Assembly: GCA_029547225.1 (NCBI GenBank)
Contig: JAKPPS010000028.1
Coordinates: forward strand, 12,405 to 76,404
Length of the DNA: 64,000 bases
Direction of reading: 5' to 3'
Source: a bacterium
GTDB lineage: Bacteria; Patescibacteriota; Dojkabacteria; SC72; WJKH01
The position numbers and the translations under genes were made by a program. The notes under the pieces were generated by a model. It did not search any database. It saw nothing but the letters and a program-made list of their open reading frames with translations, and had not been told where the DNA came from. Of this stretch, positions 61,901-64,000 are shown one piece after another (the stretch's first letter is position 1; the number at the start of each line of letters is the position of its first letter).

Positions 61901-61977
61901 ACATTTGCATTTTTTATCTCTATGTATTCTTGCATAAGTCGTATTATACCATTTTTTTGCATTTTTATAAACTGCAA
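58921..61977 (-). CDS. uvrA: Excinuclease ABC subunit A; likely start is Met15 (~61935)
   Basis: Two GVSGSGKSSL P-loops, zinc modules (CPKCGQ, CHNCG, CETCHGEG...CDACHGKR), two LSGGESQRI signatures. Confidence 0.95.
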   Translation of the reverse strand: MQFIKMQKNGIIRLMQEYIEIKNANVHNLKNVSLKIPKNKMVVFTGVSGSGKSSLAFDTLYAEGQRRYVESLSSYARQFLGLMEKPDVESITGLSPAISIDQKTSSNNPRSTVGTITEIYDYLRLLFARVGETHCPKCGQLVQSQTIDEITDRIIDILKDFDFSKENTIKLQILSPLIRSKKGEYRELFERLLGKGFLRVRVDGEMFSLDEADKINLKKYEIHNIELIIDRLSIDEKIKNELNEFSKNKHTEYVGDYSKRLRDAIELASSMSDGEIIALIEEKEHFFAEKNTCHNCGISFPEITPASFSFNAPQGACEKCSGLGFIKQIEVERIYNPNLTIHEGGIFPWSGVTTNLDSWSIKLLEQVALEHDFDLDTPIGKYSKEIFDLIFYGKGKKSKYTVKYRNRFGQNKIYDAHFEGVVTQLERRYLETDSDFIRQDMEKYMIDQTCSLCEGKRLKPYALSVLITSIEKKSNENSKNFKNSSTKSININELTAMPINECQDFLENIQLSGVKKEIGKTILNEILARLQFLNNVGLNYLSLDRRANTLSGGESQRIRLASQIGTGLSGVLYVLDEPSIGLHPKDISKLITALIRLRDLGNTLVVVEHDKETMESADWIVDVGPLAGSHGGKIVAEGTMESIKQGGSLTAKYLNGSLIVGDEALSLPIRDTFTDSDEMISISGVTTHNLKSINASFPLGKFICVTGVSGSGKSSLINDTLYPAIINRLIKERKINNLPLPEGEYQSLEGMDNIRSVISIDQSPIGRTPRSNPVTYTGIFNFIRDIYASTPEAKARGYNAGRFSFNVKGGRCETCHGEGQLKIEMQFLPDMYVTCDACHGKRYNADALQIDYKGKNISEVLDMTVSEAKEFFKNFTNIRNKLELLEQVGLDYIKLGQPATTLSGGESQRIKLAKELSKNTKGHTLYILDEPTTGLHFYDVDRLLTVLRRLVNKGNTIIVVEHNLDVIKIADWIIDLGPEGGKNGGQIIVQGSLQDVINTKNSATGEFLKDSASNYSNL

Positions 61978-62396
61978 TCAGTTTAATAAATAGTGTAGTA
62001 ACTGGTTTAGCAATTGTTTTAGTAAATAGTTTTTGAGTGACACATAGTCTTTGAAAAGATTTGATTTTGTGATTGATACTAGGCTTGAGAATTACAATCA
62101 ATGTGCGAGTAGAAATAGCTTTAAGAAAAGTAATCTGAGCAAGTGAATAAAAATGAAAATGCGAAAAAAGTTTTATGCATATATTATTCATGTTTTATCG
62201 GGAAATTTTTCAAAATTTTAGTATTTTTTTATATAAAAAAGTACAAAGTGGGCCGGTAAACTATGGGGTTTAGTTAGATATCGCCAATCTGCGGTTTTTG
62301 GGTTGCATCATTATTATATATAAATTGCTCGATTTATGTTGACATCATACGCATAATATCGATATACTGTAATATTAGAGGTGAACTATTTTTACT

Positions 62397-64000
62397 ATGA
62401 AATTTACTGCCCAATCAAAAATAATAAATTCCTTTGTATTTAAAACTTTTGTAGTAGTTTTATTTGCTACCTTAAGTTTCTTACTTTTCTCTCAAAATCC
62501 TAATCAAGTTGAAGCTTCAATAAACCAATCGCTTTCTTATCAAGTAAAAGTTTCAAATCCTGATGGTACAAATCTTACAGTTACCGATGCAGATTGTCTT
62601 AGTGGGACTTGTAATTTCAAAGCTAGTCTATACGACGCTGCGACTGGTGGTACTCTTGTATGGCAACAAACAATTGCTGCAACTGTTGGTGCTAATGGTA
62701 TTACCACATTGAAGCTTGATTGTAGTGGTACATTTAGCAACTGTAATCAAAACGGTGGACCCAATTTTAACAGTGGGGAGCTATTTCTACTTGTTGAGTT
62801 TCAGCCTGATGCAGGTGGTGCTTATGAGGCTTTTTCTCCTCGTGTTGAACTTGTAGCAGCACCATACGCTTTTAATGCTTATCAGCTTGATGGTTATGGA
62901 AGTGGTGATTTTGTAAAATTTATTGAAAGCACAGCTCAGGAGGATACTAGTACTGATAGTTCGATTTTTATCAATAAAACGGGTGAGGGTGGTTATATTT
63001 TGCAATTACAAAATGATGCTGTTGATGCTTTTTTGATCGACTATGAAGGAAAAGTTGGTATCGGTGCTGCAAGCTCTAGTGCACTACTTCAGCTTGGTAC
63101 AACAGGTAAGCTTGGTACACTCGGCTTTGCAGGTTCAACATCGGGATTGGTAACAGTACAACCTGCCGCCGCAGCAGGAACCTGGACAATGACTTTACCT
63201 ACCAGTGCAGGTACAAATGGTTATGTATTGTCAACTGATGGTAATGGTGTAACTTCGTGGTCGGCAGTAACCTCATTGGTAGCTGCCGACACTTGGGATT
63301 ACGATGATTTTGTTGATACAATGTCTCTTGATGCGAACTTGATAACTAATCAAACGACCTATACTTCAACTCACAATTATACAGGTACTACAACAACAGG
63401 ATTAACCTACAATGCTGATAGTGTAACCACAGCAAATGCTATGGAGATTTCGGCAGATGGTTTAACTACAGGAAGTGGACTACTCATCTCTTCAACTTCT
63501 ACAGCTGGAGCAGCAAGTAACAGTTCATTCTTATTAAAACTTTCTAGCGAAGGAACTAATGCAAATTCTACTCACAGAAAATATGGTTTGGATGTAGCTA
63601 TTGCAAATACAGGTAATTCTGCAAGCGATTATGGAGTTAATGTGTATGTCAGAGGTGACTATCGAAATTATGGGATCTATTCTTCTGTTATTGGTGCGAC
63701 TCGAGAGCAATGGGCAGGATATTTTCTTGCAAGTGGAGTAGATTTAAATTATGGGGTGTATTCCGAAGTCACTACAGATGGTAACTCTGCAACTGCTGCT
63801 TCATATGCGGGCTATTTTACCAATGGTGGAACAAATATTGTGACAGATGGTTTAAGTAAGTATGGTCTGTATGTTTCTTCTTCTGGTTCATTTACAGGCT
63901 CAACAGGCACAACAACGAATAACTATGGATTGTATGTGAGTGTAGCAGGTGCAGATAATAATTATTCAGCTATTTTTTCAGGAGGAAATGTTGGTATAGG
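62397..64000 (+). CDS. Large secreted repeat protein, 3' end outside the window (not in the supplied track because no stop is reached)
   Basis: ATG at 62397 with GAGGTG ~14 nt upstream. My translation starts MKFTAQSKIINSFVFKTFVVVLFATLSFLLFSQNPNQVEA (signal-like). The frame stays open for 534 codons. Recurrent xYG[LIV]Y motifs: KYGLDV, DYGVNVY, NYGIYS, NYGVYS, KYGLYV, NYGLYV. Confidence 0.75.
   Translation, partial: MKFTAQSKIINSFVFKTFVVVLFATLSFLLFSQNPNQVEASINQSLSYQVKVSNPDGTNLTVTDADCLSGTCNFKASLYDAATGGTLVWQQTIAATVGANGITTLKLDCSGTFSNCNQNGGPNFNSGELFLLVEFQPDAGGAYEAFSPRVELVAAPYAFNAYQLDGYGSGDFVKFIESTAQEDTSTDSSIFINKTGEGGYILQLQNDAVDAFLIDYEGKVGIGAASSSALLQLGTTGKLGTLGFAGSTSGLVTVQPAAAAGTWTMTLPTSAGTNGYVLSTDGNGVTSWSAVTSLVAADTWDYDDFVDTMSLDANLITNQTTYTSTHNYTGTTTTGLTYNADSVTTANAMEISADGLTTGSGLLISSTSTAGAASNSSFLLKLSSEGTNANSTHRKYGLDVAIANTGNSASDYGVNVYVRGDYRNYGIYSSVIGATREQWAGYFLASGVDLNYGVYSEVTTDGNSATAASYAGYFTNGGTNIVTDGLSKYGLYVSSSGSFTGSTGTTTNNYGLYVSVAGADNNYSAIFSGGNVGI

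Noticed and set aside
51296-64000. Diversity-generating retroelement targeting the large surface proteins.
   Set aside because: There is no reverse transcriptase ORF and no template/variable repeat pair (no near-identical ~100-nt copy of a C-terminal coding segment) that I could see in the window.

Overview
AT-rich bacterial window read in the standard genetic code. Long conserved ORFs are intact, and TGA is used as a stop. It opens inside an rRNA operon: partial 16S, tRNA-Ile, tRNA-Ala, an unusually long 23S, then 5S. Mostly plus-strand housekeeping genes follow: nth, rpsA, clpC, radA, rho, an ABC-F ATPase, leuS, cyclophilin, comEA/comEC, nrdR-nrdD-nrdG, pyrG, argS, tmk and uvrA. There are nine tRNA genes: Ile, three Ala, four Arg and Pro. 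An accessory stretch runs from about 45.2 to 55.6 kb. Divergent 16S primer sites, rRNA expansion segments, low-complexity insertions in core proteins and the competence plus nucleotide-salvage gene content fit a small-genome CPR/Patescibacteria-like organism; that placement is inference only. No CRISPR array, cas gene, reverse transcriptase or recognisable defence system was seen. Main observations: (1) nrdD stops exactly inside its glycyl-radical motif (RVVG-stop), and a same-frame 58-codon ORF 84 nt downstream carries RVVGYIRP and the rest of the C-terminus. (2) ArgRS is fused to an N-terminal domain resembling a free-standing B3/B4 (PheRS-beta editing type) protein and sits between two tRNA-Arg genes. 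(3) A putative ~5.9 kb integrated element lies at tRNA-Pro, with a large serine recombinase, a Rep-O-like gene bracketed by ~125-bp inverted repeats, and an ORF-free iteron/palindrome region. (4) A 1.07 kb ORF-free region between radA and rho contains an unclassified ~200-nt RNA with a perfect consensus promoter and an intrinsic terminator. (5) Intergenic repeat families occur downstream of tRNA genes. (6) A class B sortase is paired with an NPNTN-anchored surface protein.
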